DNA of 63,438 nt, filler included, from Anaerolineae bacterium (GTDB lineage Bacteria > Chloroflexota > Anaerolineae > Epilineales > Epilineaceae): NCBI GenBank assembly GCA_029262755.1. It is 5 parts of 5 records of this genome, joined end to end, with 100 filler letters (N's around TTAATTAATTAA, not from the genome) between each part and the next. Parts side by side here need not be neighbours in the genome. Positions count along the whole stretch, not along the records: positions 16,235 to 30,126 come from JAJCYU010000162.1; positions 30,227 to 51,068 come from JAJCYU010000164.1; 3 more parts are not named here. One strand, written 5' to 3'. Below, in pieces: positions 20,146 to 31,556 of the stretch. Made by a program: the position numbers and the translations under genes. Below the pieces are notes generated by a model. It ran no database searches. It was not told the DNA's origin and saw only the letters and a list, made by a program, of their open reading frames with translations. Position 1 is the stretch's first letter; the number at the start of each line of letters is the position of its first letter.

Positions 20146-20637
20146 TTATATCGTGTGTGCAAGGTCCGGGGGCGGCGTCGCGGTCACGAGCAGGTTGCCC
20201 CAGCAGCGCCAACGGCGTCGGAAGCGCTCCTCCGTCATCCATACGATTTCCGCGCGCTTGTGCTGTGGGTCCACCAGACCCCAGCCCCGCTCGGGATCGT
20301 GTGCGACCAAGACCACCACGTGTGCCCACGGCCTGCGCCGCCAGCCGCCGTAGATCGGCATGAGCAGCTCTCCCGCGGCCAGGCCCCGTTGGAGGCGCCC
20401 GGTCGTGGACAAGAAGCGCCAACCCGCGCGCAGGCCGTGCTCGCGCAGGGCATCGGCGACGCCCCACGGGAAGGTAGCCCAGCGGGGGATGCGGCGCAGG
20501 CGGGGCAGGGGTCCGATCCAACGCGGCCGTTCCAGGTCTCGTGCCAGGCGCTTGGGGTCGACGTGGGAAGCCGTGACGGCGTTGATCGCGATCGCGGCCG
20601 AGAACGGACCGCAGTCGTTGCTCTTGCCTTGGCACAT
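20146..20637 (-). CDS. C39-like papain-fold peptidase
   Basis: Q-x4-D-C-G-P (QGKSNDCGP), WAHVVVL, LVDP give a Cys-His-Asp set; true start may be further upstream. Confidence 0.6.
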   Translation of the reverse strand: MCQGKSNDCGPFSAAIAINAVTASHVDPKRLARDLERPRWIGPLPRLRRIPRWATFPWGVADALREHGLRAGWRFLSTTGRLQRGLAAGELLMPIYGGWRRRPWAHVVVLVAHDPERGWGLVDPQHKRAEIVWMTEERFRRRWRCWGNLLVTATPPPDLAHTI

Positions 20638-20837
20638 ATGCGCCGCGCGAAGAGCCTCGGCATGGGGGGAGACGAGGGCCGGTCCGGCACGGACAGCGCG
20701 GGTATCGCCAGTCCGCTTCGTACCACCGGCGCCCGTCCGCCTCGCGCCACCGACCGAGGCGCGCGGTACGGCATAGCCGGATTCGCGCGTATTAGGCCCC
20801 TCCGATCGGCGAGCCGTGTTGCCATGCTGCCGCCGGC

Positions 20838-21485
20838 TCAACCGAAGCGCTCCTCGGTCCACGGGTCGCCGTGCATGTGGTATCCGTGACCTTCCCAGAA
20901 GCCCGGGCGATTGCCCGACAGATACTCGATGCCGCTCAGCCATTTGGCGCTCTTCCACAGGTAGAGCTTGGGCACGAGCATGCGTACGGGCCCGCCGTGC
21001 GGTCGCGGCAGTGGCTCGCCGTCGTAGTCGTAGGCCAGCATCACGCCGTCCTCGAGCATCTCGTCCAGCCGCATGTTGGTCGTGTAGCCGCCCGTGCAGT
21101 GCAGCATCACGTGATCGGCTTCGGGCAGCGCCCGGGATTGCGCGTGCACGACCGAGAAGGGCACGCCCGTCCACGTCGTATCCAGCTTGCTCCACCGGGT
21201 CACGCAATGGATGTCACAGGTGTGCGTGCTCGACGGCAGGGCCTGCAGGGCCTCCCAATCCAGCTCGCTCTCGCCCTCGACCATGCCGAAGATACGCAGC
21301 TTCCAGTCGGCGGCTTCCACCTTGGGCGTCGAGCCCGCGGTCAGGACCGGGAACTTGCGGGTTAGCGATTGCCCGGGTGGAACGCGGCCGGCCGCATCCG
21401 CGTCGCCGTCTCGTCCGGCAGCGCGGCGCGCCGCGTCGGAGCGTCGCAGGTTCTGTACACGCTTCAGGGGGTCAAGAATCGACAT
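20838..21485 (-). CDS. Sulfite-oxidase-like molybdopterin-binding oxidoreductase
   Basis: PPGQ, DIHCVTRWS, HGGPVR, YLWKSAKW, PGFWE..GYH. Confidence 0.93.
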   Translation of the reverse strand: MSILDPLKRVQNLRRSDAARRAAGRDGDADAAGRVPPGQSLTRKFPVLTAGSTPKVEAADWKLRIFGMVEGESELDWEALQALPSSTHTCDIHCVTRWSKLDTTWTGVPFSVVHAQSRALPEADHVMLHCTGGYTTNMRLDEMLEDGVMLAYDYDGEPLPRPHGGPVRMLVPKLYLWKSAKWLSGIEYLSGNRPGFWEGHGYHMHGDPWTEERFG

Positions 21486-21686
21486 GGGAAGGCTCCTTGC
21501 AGCGTTCGATACAGCAACACAGGAAGCAAACGTCAGGTGCTTGGTTTGCGCTTTGGCTTTGGAACAACTCTCCGGCGACGGATTCCAACCGGAAGGTAGA
21601 TTGTCGGCGGTGCAATAGGATGGACTCTACTGCTTGAATCGTACCGGCAGCCCGCGGCGGACCCAACATTCGCAGCGGCTGATTCG

Positions 21687-21715
21687 TTGACCCCCCTCCG
21701 GGGCTGCACTATCCT
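21687..21715 (+). promoter_or_regulatory. Putative sigma70 promoter of the glycosylation operon
   Basis: TTGACC, 17-nt spacer, TATCCT; lies 54 nt upstream of the ATG. Confidence 0.6.
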
Positions 21716-21769
21716 GGCGCCGTCGAGTCGAGCGCGCCCCCGACACGGGGCGCCGATGGGGGAATCCTG

Positions 21770-22726
<957 letters not shown>

Positions 22727-22776
22727 GCGCGCGGGTGATACAGCCGCCCGCTGCAGGCGAGCTGCGCGAGCGCCCG

Positions 22777-24525
22777 ATGCCGCCCATCATGACCAGACCG
22801 ATCCCCATTCGCGCACACTCCGACCAGCACGACGCGCCGCGCGTTCGATCCGGTAGCGGCCGGCGTGTGGATCCCGGCGGCGGCCGGCCGGGCCGAACAG
22901 CAACGCGCGATCCCAGGGCTGTCCCCTCTTATTCCATGACGGCCGTCTCCGGCTTGGTCGTAACCGCGTTGGCCGTCGCCCTCGCCTGGGCGCCATGGCC
23001 GTGGCTGCTCGCAGCGCTCGTTCTCGTGCTCGCCGTCGCCTGCCTGGTCTGGCCGGCACTCGGCCTGGCCCTGACCGCGCTGGCCGTGCCCTTCGGCAGC
23101 CGCGCCCCGCTCCCGCTCGCAGCCTTCGCGGGCGATGCGGTGGGCGGCGCATCGCTGACCGCGGCGCCGCTGCTGCTCGCGTGGACCGCGCTCGGCGTCG
23201 CGCTCCACGTGCTGCGCCGGAGGGCGCGGTGTTCCGGAGGCGACCTGACATCGTCCGGGTATGCGTTGCCCACGTCGATCGCGCATCCCGCGGCCCGCTT
23301 CCGCTCGCCGCTGCGCCTTGCGCGCGCGTTCGTCGCGGTCGCCTGCGCGGCGTATCTGCTTGCCTTGGGCGCCAGCGCCTTGGGGGCGGCGTCGTTGGTT
23401 GCCGCGGTGCTAGATGCGGCGCGGTGGGTGGTCTTCGCGCTCGCCTGCTTGCTGGCGGCCGTCGTGGGTCGTAGCGGCCGAGGGCGGGTGGTCGTGCTGG
23501 CGGGCTTGCTCGTGGCGGTCGGGGTTGAGGCGATCGTGGGTTGGACGGCGTCGGTCGGCGCGGTTGGGCCGGAGGCGTTTGGGATCCTCGGGGGACGATT
23601 GACGCGCGCATACGGCAGCTTCGGGCAGCCGAATCCGTTTGGCGGGTATATGAACATGGCGTGGCCGATCGGCGCAGCGCTGCTGGCGGCATGGTGGGTG
23701 CCTGTGCGTGCGCGAACGGGTCGAGTTGGAGATCGCCAGGGGATGGTGCCGGTTGCGAGGAAGCTCCACGTTTCCGTCCTCGGCGTCAACGGCGGCGCCG
23801 TGGCTGCCCTCTGCGGGGGCGCGTTGATCCTATCGTGGTCGCGCGGAGCGTGGTTGGCGGCCTTGGCCGGCGCGGGGGCGATGGCGCTCGTGCGGCTCGC
23901 GCGGGCGGTGAAGGATCGTGAGCCGCGGACGCTGGTGGCTGGCTACCTCGCCGTGGTCGCGGCCGTGGCGCTGGCGGCCTTTGGGCTGCTGCCGCGGCCA
24001 CCCGCGAGCATCGCCGCGCGGCTGGCGAGCATTGCAAGCGGGCCGGCGCTGGCGGCCGAGGTGGCGCAGGCCGAGGTGACCGATGCCAACTTCGCGACGG
24101 TCGAGCGCTTGGCGCATTGGGCGGCCGCGGGCTCCATGTTCGCCGAACGGCCGTGGCTAGGGCAGGGGCCGGGGCACTACGAGCTTGCCTACGCCGCGCA
24201 CCGCTTGCCGCGCTGGCCGGTGGCCCTCGGTCATGCGCACAACTATCCGCTGAACGCGCTCGCTGAAACGGGCATGATCGGCGCGGCGGCGTGGTTGCTG
24301 CTGGTCGTCTCGATCCTGTGGGCCTGCCTGCGCGCGGCCCTGACGGAACGATCCCCCGCGCGCGCCGCGCTTGCCCTCGGCGCGCTCGGCGTGTGGAGCG
24401 CGACGGCCACGCACAGCCTCTTCGACCACCTCTTCGTGCACGATCTGACCGCGCATCTCGGGCTTTTGACCGGGCTCGTCCTTGCACGCACCGCGCCCGA
24501 GGCGCAGCAGGAGCCCGCTCCATGA
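22777..24525 (+). CDS. O-antigen ligase / Wzy_C family membrane glycosyltransferase
   Basis: RAYGSFGQPNPFGGY, SWSRGAW, ERLAHW, GQGPGHY, HAHN..LAETG; start uncertain (22777 or 22936). Confidence 0.9.
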   Translation: MPPIMTRPIPIRAHSDQHDAPRVRSGSGRRVDPGGGRPGRTATRDPRAVPSYSMTAVSGLVVTALAVALAWAPWPWLLAALVLVLAVACLVWPALGLALTALAVPFGSRAPLPLAAFAGDAVGGASLTAAPLLLAWTALGVALHVLRRRARCSGGDLTSSGYALPTSIAHPAARFRSPLRLARAFVAVACAAYLLALGASALGAASLVAAVLDAARWVVFALACLLAAVVGRSGRGRVVVLAGLLVAVGVEAIVGWTASVGAVGPEAFGILGGRLTRAYGSFGQPNPFGGYMNMAWPIGAALLAAWWVPVRARTGRVGDRQGMVPVARKLHVSVLGVNGGAVAALCGGALILSWSRGAWLAALAGAGAMALVRLARAVKDREPRTLVAGYLAVVAAVALAAFGLLPRPPASIAARLASIASGPALAAEVAQAEVTDANFATVERLAHWAAAGSMFAERPWLGQGPGHYELAYAAHRLPRWPVALGHAHNYPLNALAETGMIGAAAWLLLVVSILWACLRAALTERSPARAALALGALGVWSATATHSLFDHLFVHDLTAHLGLLTGLVLARTAPEAQQEPAP

Positions 24526-24561
24526 GCACGGTGGCCGAGATCCGCTCTATCGGCGCACCCC

Positions 24562-25857
24562 GTGGCTGAGCCGACGGCGACGGATGGTCCGGTGGACGGT
24601 GGCTCGGTGGGTGGGCACGCCGCGGATGGCGATCCCGTGGGCGGCAGTCCCGTGGGCGGCGACCCAGCGGGCGGCGACCATGAGATGGGCGACCCTGTAA
24701 TGGGCGACGCGGCGACCGACGGTCCCGTGGCCAACGACGGCCTGCGCGGCGAACTCGCGTCGGCGACCGCGCCCGCGCCTGCGCCCGCCCCCGCGGACGG
24801 CGAGACCGAGCAGGCCGAGCGGCCCTCTCTCGGCCGCCGCTTCCTGAGCCCGCGCACCGTGCTCAGCTTCGCCTTCGCCGCCGGCCTTATCGTGTTCGCG
24901 TTGCGCCAGCAGGATCCCGAGACACTGCGCCAGGCTTGGGCGCAGGTGCGGGGCGCTCATCTGGGGTGGTACGCGGCGGCCCTCGTCACCTACTACCTGA
25001 ACTTTCCCGTGCGCGGTTGGCGGTGGCGGGTGTTGCTTGGCAACGCGGGCGAGCCGGAGGAGCGGCAGGCGCCGGTCCGGGATCTGGCGGAGATCATCTA
25101 CCTCAGCTGGTTCGCCAACGCCGTGGTGCCGGCCAAGCTTGGTGATGTGTACCGCGGATGGTTGCTGCGGGCGCATCACGGCACGGCGTGGTCGCGCGCG
25201 ATGGGCACGATCGTGGCCGAGCGCGCGCTCGATCTTGTCGTGCTCGTCGTGCTCATGGTCACCACCGGCTTCTTCACCTACGGCGACGTGCTGGCGCGTG
25301 GCGCGGAAGGCGGGCTCGGGGCGTGCCTGACGGGCGGGTGGCGGCCCGAGGATCTGGGCTGCTCACTGGCGCAGCTCTTTGCGGTCGGCGCGGTGCTCGT
25401 TGTGGTGCTCATGGTCGGCCTGGTCGCGTTCGCGCGCTACGGCGTGCACGTCGAGCGATTGCTGCCGGAGCGCATCGCCCGGGTCTACGGCACGTTCTCC
25501 AGCGCGCTCGTGCTGTCGTTCGGACGGTTTCCGCGACTGCTTGGCCTGACCCTGCTCGCCTGGGTGGCGGAGGGGGCCTCGTTCTACTTCGTCGGCCGCG
25601 CGTTGGGGCTCGAGCTCGGCGCGGCGCTCGTCGTGTTCTTCAGCCTGCTGCAGGCCTTCATCACGGTGATCCCCCTGACGCCGGGCGGCCTGGGCTTCGA
25701 GCCGATCCTGGCGGCAGCCATCGGCCTGCGCGGCTTCGAGGCCGTATCGGCGATCGCCCTCACCGTGCTCTACCGCACGATCAGCTACTTCAGCCTCGTC
25801 GTGGGCGGGCTTGTGGTCTTCCTGCTGAGCAAGAAGACACGGCCGACGGGCACGTAG
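24562..25857 (+). CDS. Lysylphosphatidylglycerol-synthase TM (UPF0104 flippase-like) protein
   Basis: RGWRW, NAVVPAKLGDVYR, ERALD, PLTPGGLG.E, YRTI. Confidence 0.88.
   Translation: MAEPTATDGPVDGGSVGGHAADGDPVGGSPVGGDPAGGDHEMGDPVMGDAATDGPVANDGLRGELASATAPAPAPAPADGETEQAERPSLGRRFLSPRTVLSFAFAAGLIVFALRQQDPETLRQAWAQVRGAHLGWYAAALVTYYLNFPVRGWRWRVLLGNAGEPEERQAPVRDLAEIIYLSWFANAVVPAKLGDVYRGWLLRAHHGTAWSRAMGTIVAERALDLVVLVVLMVTTGFFTYGDVLARGAEGGLGACLTGGWRPEDLGCSLAQLFAVGAVLVVVLMVGLVAFARYGVHVERLLPERIARVYGTFSSALVLSFGRFPRLLGLTLLAWVAEGASFYFVGRALGLELGAALVVFFSLLQAFITVIPLTPGGLGFEPILAAAIGLRGFEAVSAIALTVLYRTISYFSLVVGGLVVFLLSKKTRPTGT
24631..24705 (+). repeat. Degenerate 15-bp tandem repeat encoding DPVGG-like pentapeptides
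   Basis: gatcccgtgggcggc / agtcccgtgggcggc / gacccagcgggcggc / gaccatgagatgggc / gaccctgtaatgggc. Confidence 0.75.
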
Positions 25858-25992
25858 CGCGGGGAGCGCGCACGTCGATCAAGCGACGCTCTAAAGCCAA
25901 TAGACCCGGCGATCACAAACCGGTCAATGGACTTCCGCTTCGCCACCACAACGGCTCAGCTACCTCCGCCTTTAGCTAACCACGCTTTTGGC

Positions 25993-26958
25993 TCAGCTGT
26001 CCTCGGCGGGGCTCTCCGCGAAGAGTTCGTCGATCGTGGCCAGCATCGCGTCGTCCAACGACAGAGCCGCCGCCGCCACGTTCTCTGTGACGTGCGATAC
26101 GCTCGTGGCGCCCGTGATCACGCTGGCCACGCCGGGCTGGTGGAGTAGCCAGGCCAAGGCGAGTTGGGCGCGCGAGACGCCCAGGCCTTCGGCGATCGGA
26201 GCGAAGGCGCGGACGCGTGCGATCTTCTCATCGGTGAGGTAGGCCTCGCCGGACCAGGCCTGACGGTGGAAGCGCGAGTCTTCCGGCACGCCGTCGTCGT
26301 ACTTGCCCGTGAGCATGCCCATCGCGAGCGGTGACCAAGTGACGAGGCCGATGCCGGCCTTGCTCGTGATCGGCATGAGGTTGCGCTCGACGCGGTCGCG
26401 ATGGAGCAACGAGTATTGGGGCTGTTCGACGATCGGCAGGGTCAGGCCGCGGGTCTCGCACAGCGCACAGACCGCTCGGACCTGGTCGGCCGGCCACTCC
26501 GACGTGCCCCAGTAGAGCACCTTGCCGGATCGGACGAGGTCGTGCATGGCCCACGCCGTTTCGAGGAGCGGCGTATCGGGGTCGCTGCGATGGCAGAAGT
26601 AGAGGTCGAGATAGTCCATCCCCAGACGGTCGAGGCTGCCGTCCACGCTCTCCATGATGTGCTTGCGGGAAAGGCCGCGGTCGTTGGGGTCGTCGCTGAA
26701 GGGCCAGTAGACCTTGGAGCTGACGACCACGTGTCGGCGGTTGCGGCCGGCGAGCATGCGGCCGAAGCGTCGCTCCGACTCGCCGCGGCCGTAGGAATCG
26801 GCCAGGTCGAAGAAGTTGATGCCCGCGTCGAACGCGGCGTCCACGATGGCCGCGGCCTTGTCGTCCGCCAGACGATCCTCCGTCTCGAAGTTGATCCAGC
26901 CGCCGAGGCTGACCGCGCTGACCTTCAGACCACTACGACCGAGTCGTCGATATTCCAT
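25993..26958 (-). CDS. Aldo/keto reductase (Kv-beta-like)
   Basis: LGRSGLKVS, FDLADSY, GLSRKHI, DLYFCHR, WGTSEW, WSPLA.G.LTGKY. Confidence 0.95.
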   Translation of the reverse strand: MEYRRLGRSGLKVSAVSLGGWINFETEDRLADDKAAAIVDAAFDAGINFFDLADSYGRGESERRFGRMLAGRNRRHVVVSSKVYWPFSDDPNDRGLSRKHIMESVDGSLDRLGMDYLDLYFCHRSDPDTPLLETAWAMHDLVRSGKVLYWGTSEWPADQVRAVCALCETRGLTLPIVEQPQYSLLHRDRVERNLMPITSKAGIGLVTWSPLAMGMLTGKYDDGVPEDSRFHRQAWSGEAYLTDEKIARVRAFAPIAEGLGVSRAQLALAWLLHQPGVASVITGATSVSHVTENVAAAALSLDDAMLATIDELFAESPAEDS

Positions 26959-27146
26959 GGTGGAGCCTCACGAGGGGTGTGGGGAGTTTGAGGGTACAGG
27001 GGCGTGCAGTGAGCGCGAGCATGCACAGCCGGGGCCGCCAGGCACGCGATTCGCACGTCGCGGGCGACGACGCGAATCGTGCCCTGCATGTTGCTGGAGT
27101 CGTCCAAGACACGCCTTGCGTTGTGCACGCGAGCCGTGATCGTCCC

Positions 27147-30126
27147 CTAGCGCGGCGTCCAGGTCAAGATCCGGACGTCGTCGTATTCGGCGATCACGGG
27201 GGCGCCGCCGCCGGAGCCGACGAGCACACCATGTCGGCCGATCGTGGCCAAGGTCGGCGCATCGAAGGCCGCGACGCGCACGCTGTTCGCGTAGGCCACG
27301 AATCGCGCGCCGTCGTGCCATATCACGAGATGGTTCCACCCGCCGATCGGCCCCAGCGCGGGCGACGCCGTCCACGGCACGATCGAGCGCCAGCCGTCGT
27401 CGCGATCGAAGTGGGCGACGGTGAAGCGGCCGCCATCGGTGATCGTCAAGGCGTGGTAGGCCGTGCTGTCGTCGTTCAGGCCGAAGACGAGACCGCATTG
27501 GCCCGCGGCGCCTTCCGCGATGCGGCAACGTGCACCGATCAACGCGCGCGACGAGCGCGTGTCCTCCGGTACGATCCGCAGCGTCGTCCCGTCGCGGCGC
27601 AGCTCTGCGCGCAGCAGGCCGTCCACAGCTTGAATGGTCCAATCCGGTTGCGGATCCGTCGGCCAACCGGGCGCGCCCAACGCGAAGTCGTCGTCGCGCA
27701 GCACGCGATCGGCGAGCACGAACGGCCCCTGCGCGCGGCGCGTGCGCCCATCGTGCGTGACGGCGCCGTGCAGCGTGTACTCGCCGGGCGTCAGGTCTGT
27801 CGGGACCGTACGGCTGAGATTCCACCACGGCCGATCGGGGTTCACGGTGGACGTCTGCTCGTGGCTGAGCGCGCCGAGCTCGAAGCCGCCGGGCATGGTC
27901 ACGCGCCATGCCAGATCCGCCTCCTGCGGGGCGCCGGTGGTGTTCTCCACGCGTAGCCAGAGCTTGATGGTCTCGAGCGTCGTGAAGCCTAGGCGAGGTC
28001 GGTCGTTCTCGCCGCTGGTCATGACCCGCTCAATCCACAGCCCCTCGGGCGTCGGGGTGGGCGTGGGAACCGGCGTCGCGGGCGACGTCGGGGTGCGCGT
28101 CCCGTCCGGCGGGACCGACGTGGCACCGGCCGTCGGCGTCGAGTGGCTGGTCGCGACCGATGTCGGCTCGCTCGTGGGCCTATTCGTTGGGAACGACGTC
28201 GGGACGGCGGTCGGCGCCGGCGTTCGGGCCGGCGGCGGCGGGATCGGCGGCGTCGGCGTGGACGTCGGCGGGCGGGGCGTGGCCGTCATGCGCGGCGTGG
28301 GCGTGCGCGTGGGGCGCGCTTCGGGTCGGGCCGTAGGCGGGCGCGCGAGGCCGGTCATGCCACGGCCGACCAGGGGCAGCTCGATCACGTGCACGGCGTC
28401 GACACAGGCGATGTTGTTGTCGCGATCGGCGTCGGGTTGCTCGCCGTCGGGGTCGACGACGACGCAGATGCGAGCGCGGAGCGGCCGCGGCGGGACGGGC
28501 GGGCGCCAGACGAGGGCGAAGGTCGCTTCGCCGCCGCCGGGCAAGACGCCGACGACCTGGCGGTCCCCGATCGCGGCGGCGCCCGCGTCGGGCGAACCCT
28601 CGCGTACGTCCACGCTGACGTCGCGTAAGGCCAGATCGCCCACGTTGCGCACCGTCACGCTCACGACGCGGGTCGGATCACCCGGTCGGCGCGGGCCGAC
28701 GCGCACGTCGCGCGCCTCGATCGATGCGTCGCGCCCCAGCCGGTGCCGCGCGACGACGATCGCGGACGGGCCCATCAAGGGCGGCACCTCGGCGTCGGGG
28801 AAGCTCACCGCCGCGCGGCGGAACGCCACGAGGAGCGCGCCGTCCGCGTCGAAGGCGGATGTTTGGGCTTCTATGGACACGCGGCCGTCCGCGAGCGTCA
28901 ACGCCTCACTCCAGCGGGCGTGATCGGCGTCCCAGGCAGCGTAGCGCAGGGCCGTGCCGTTCGTGGTCGCTTCACGCCAGAGCACGACGAGATGACCGTC
29001 CGGCGACAGGGCCGGCTCGAGCACGCGGTCCTGCGCGCCCTCGGGCAGCGGGAAACGCGTCGGCGGCGCGTCCCAGTCGCCGCGCAGCACGACGAGCGCG
29101 TCGGGCTCCGACCAGGCGAGCGCGAAACCGCCGCTCGCGAGCGGCAGCACGCGAGGCTGGCGCGCATCGACGCTGCGTAGCGGCGGGGCGGCTGAGGTCG
29201 TCCACGTAGCACCATCGCCGATGCGCACGTCGAGCGTGTGGCCACCGGCTCCCTGGCGCGACACGACGTGCACGGCGCGCGCGCCGTCCCAGGCCAGATC
29301 GTGATCGACGAGGTCCTGAACCGCGGCAATCGCTTCCGGCGCCGACCACGTCAGGCCGCTCCAGGTGGACGCACGCAGGCTGTCCGGCGCCTCCGCGTCG
29401 CCCATCAGCGCGTTGGCCTCGTTGGCCACCCATAGGAGCAGCGCGCGCCCGTCGTCTGCGCCGGCCAGGCGGGGTTGGTGGTCGATAAACGCGTTGCTCG
29501 TCACGGCCTGGACCGGGCTCCAGCGTCCGGCGTCGGGCTCGAACACGGCCGAGGCCAACTCCATGCGCGCCAGCACGTCGCCGGGATCCTCGACGGGCGG
29601 CTCGAGGCCGCGCAGGTCGAGCTGCTGCCACACCGCCACGATCCGGTCGCCGGCGACCGCGAGGTGCGGCCGCTCCGCCGGCACGCTACCGTCGGTGAGC
29701 AGCGCAGGCGCGCTCCACGATAGGCCGTCCCAAAGCGACCAGCGCAGGTGCCGCCCCCTCCCGTCCGGCGCATCGGGCAAGGTGTCGGCCCAAACCACGA
29801 GCACCCGGCCGTCCGGCAAGACGGCCAGCGCCGGGCGCGCGTCCGGATCTACGTCGGAGGCGAGTACATCGGCATCACCGGCGGCGCCGTTCTGGGCCGT
29901 GCCGGCCTGCGCGGCGAGGTCGGCAAGGGCGGCGACGCCCGCGTCCGTGCGCGCCCATTCGACCGGCGCCAACGGCGGAGACTCACCGGCCGCCTCGGCC
30001 AGGGTGGCGCAGAAGTTGTGCTTGCCGCTCGGGGTGCCGGAGGTGTAGGGACCGATGTCGATGTAGTGTTTGATGGCGTCCAGGAAGGGCAGGCTGATGG
30101 CCCATTCGCCGCCGATTTGGATGATG
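27147..30126 (-). CDS. Large secreted protein: beta-propeller-like repeats, CARDB-like domain, Pro/Thr linker, C-terminal beta-sandwich; 5'-truncated
   Basis: Frame is open to the gap; VTVRNVGD..VVVDPDGEQPDADRDNN (CARDB-like); PT repeats; WNHLVI..YANS lectin-like end. Confidence 0.75.
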
Positions 30127-30226
30127 NNNNNNNNNNNNNNNNNNNNNNNNNNNNNNNNNNNNNNNNNNNNTTAATTAATTAANNNNNNNNNNNNNNNNNN
30201 NNNNNNNNNNNNNNNNNNNNNNNNNN
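30127..30226. other. Artificial contig spacer
   Basis: N-run, TTAATTAATTAA, N-run. Confidence 0.98.
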
Positions 30227-30467
30227 TCCCCGCGTCAGAACCGGAAGATGCACCGGTGTGCGCCGGAGATCGGAACCACGCTCTACGCGCGCGATGATCC
30301 GGTTCCATTGTTATTGAGCGGGGCTTCCATGATTTCCCTACTCACGAACTGCTCATCAAACATGAGGAACCACTCGCCTGCGTGCGCCGTTGAACGCCGC
30401 GAAGCGCTTCACGAAACCCGCCCCACTCTCTTGTTGTTTGGCCTTAGCAACTTGTTAGGAGGTTGAC

Positions 30468-30890
30468 ATGGCCACGTTGATCGAAGCTGTGAACGCATAC
30501 CGCACGCGGGTTCTTCCCAAGGAAACCATCGGCATGAACATCCTGGCCCGGCGCCTGGCGCACGGGTCCCTCGCCAACGAGAGTATCGCGCGCATGGTGC
30601 TGACCGACCTGCAGCGCGAGGTGCGAAACGCCCTCATCGAGGGCCATCCGGTGCAGCTGCCCGGCATCGGCCGCTTCTCGCTCCATATGCGCGTGGGCGG
30701 CCGGCTCCGCCTGGCCGTGCGCGCCGACCGCGGGCTCCAGTCGGCCATCGGCGATCCCGCGAATTTCGAGGGCGACCTACTGCGCGTCGAGAACATCGAG
30801 CTCGACACCGCCGCAATCGTGGCTCTCTGGAATGCGGAGCACCCCGAGGATCCGGTCGAGACGACCTTCGACTTGGATCAGGCGGCCTAG
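30468..30890 (+). CDS. HU/IHF-like DNA-binding protein
   Basis: AGGAGG RBS; helical N-terminus then ALIEGHPVQLPGIGRFS (HU signature G..V.L.G.G.F). Confidence 0.75.
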   Translation: MATLIEAVNAYRTRVLPKETIGMNILARRLAHGSLANESIARMVLTDLQREVRNALIEGHPVQLPGIGRFSLHMRVGGRLRLAVRADRGLQSAIGDPANFEGDLLRVENIELDTAAIVALWNAEHPEDPVETTFDLDQAA

Positions 30891-31556
30891 CCGCCGCGGC
30901 CGACGCGGCCCGCCGGCGATGACGATCGCCGGTTCGGCCGCCCGAGCCGAGCACGACGACAACCGAATACGAAGTACCAGGCGGTCCCGGCGTACGACGG
31001 GGCCGCCTTTGCCGTGTTTGGGGCCGGTTCCAGGCCCGATCATCCCCCTATCTTGGGGCTAGTTTGATAGGAAGATGACCCATGGTGCTTCCTTACCACG
31101 ACCGGCCTGCTAAGGAAGCAGGCCGCACCTGATAGGAAGGCAACTCTCGGCGGGCCAGGATGCGCGCTGACAGCGCCTGGCGCTGCCACGATTCACACCG
31201 AATGCTCATCGCAGGGCGCGCGGAAGGGCCTTGATTGGAGTCACGCAGGGACGGCGATCGCCCACTCTGGCGACAACTGAGCGAATGGCTACCGGACCAT
31301 TCCTCGCAAAAGGAAAGTGGCCGATCCGCTCGGATGAGGTCTGTGCATCTCGGAGAGGTGAAACGCGGACACCCGACGCGGTTGCCGACAGCTGATCCAG
31401 CAGACTCGGAGAGCGCACGTGCGGACAGGCCGAACCTTGGGACCTACAGTCTTTGCGTGGTAGAGGGTGCCAGCCGAGTGGTGTTTGAACGGATCGGATC
31501 CGACATCGTGCCCGCTTCCAACTCGGCTTTCTGCGCGACAACTCGCCGCAACTCGC

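Noticed and set aside
31206..31541. Short ORFs between the HU-like gene and the antiporter
   Set aside because: No RBS, motif or typical codon bias; cannot support a gene call
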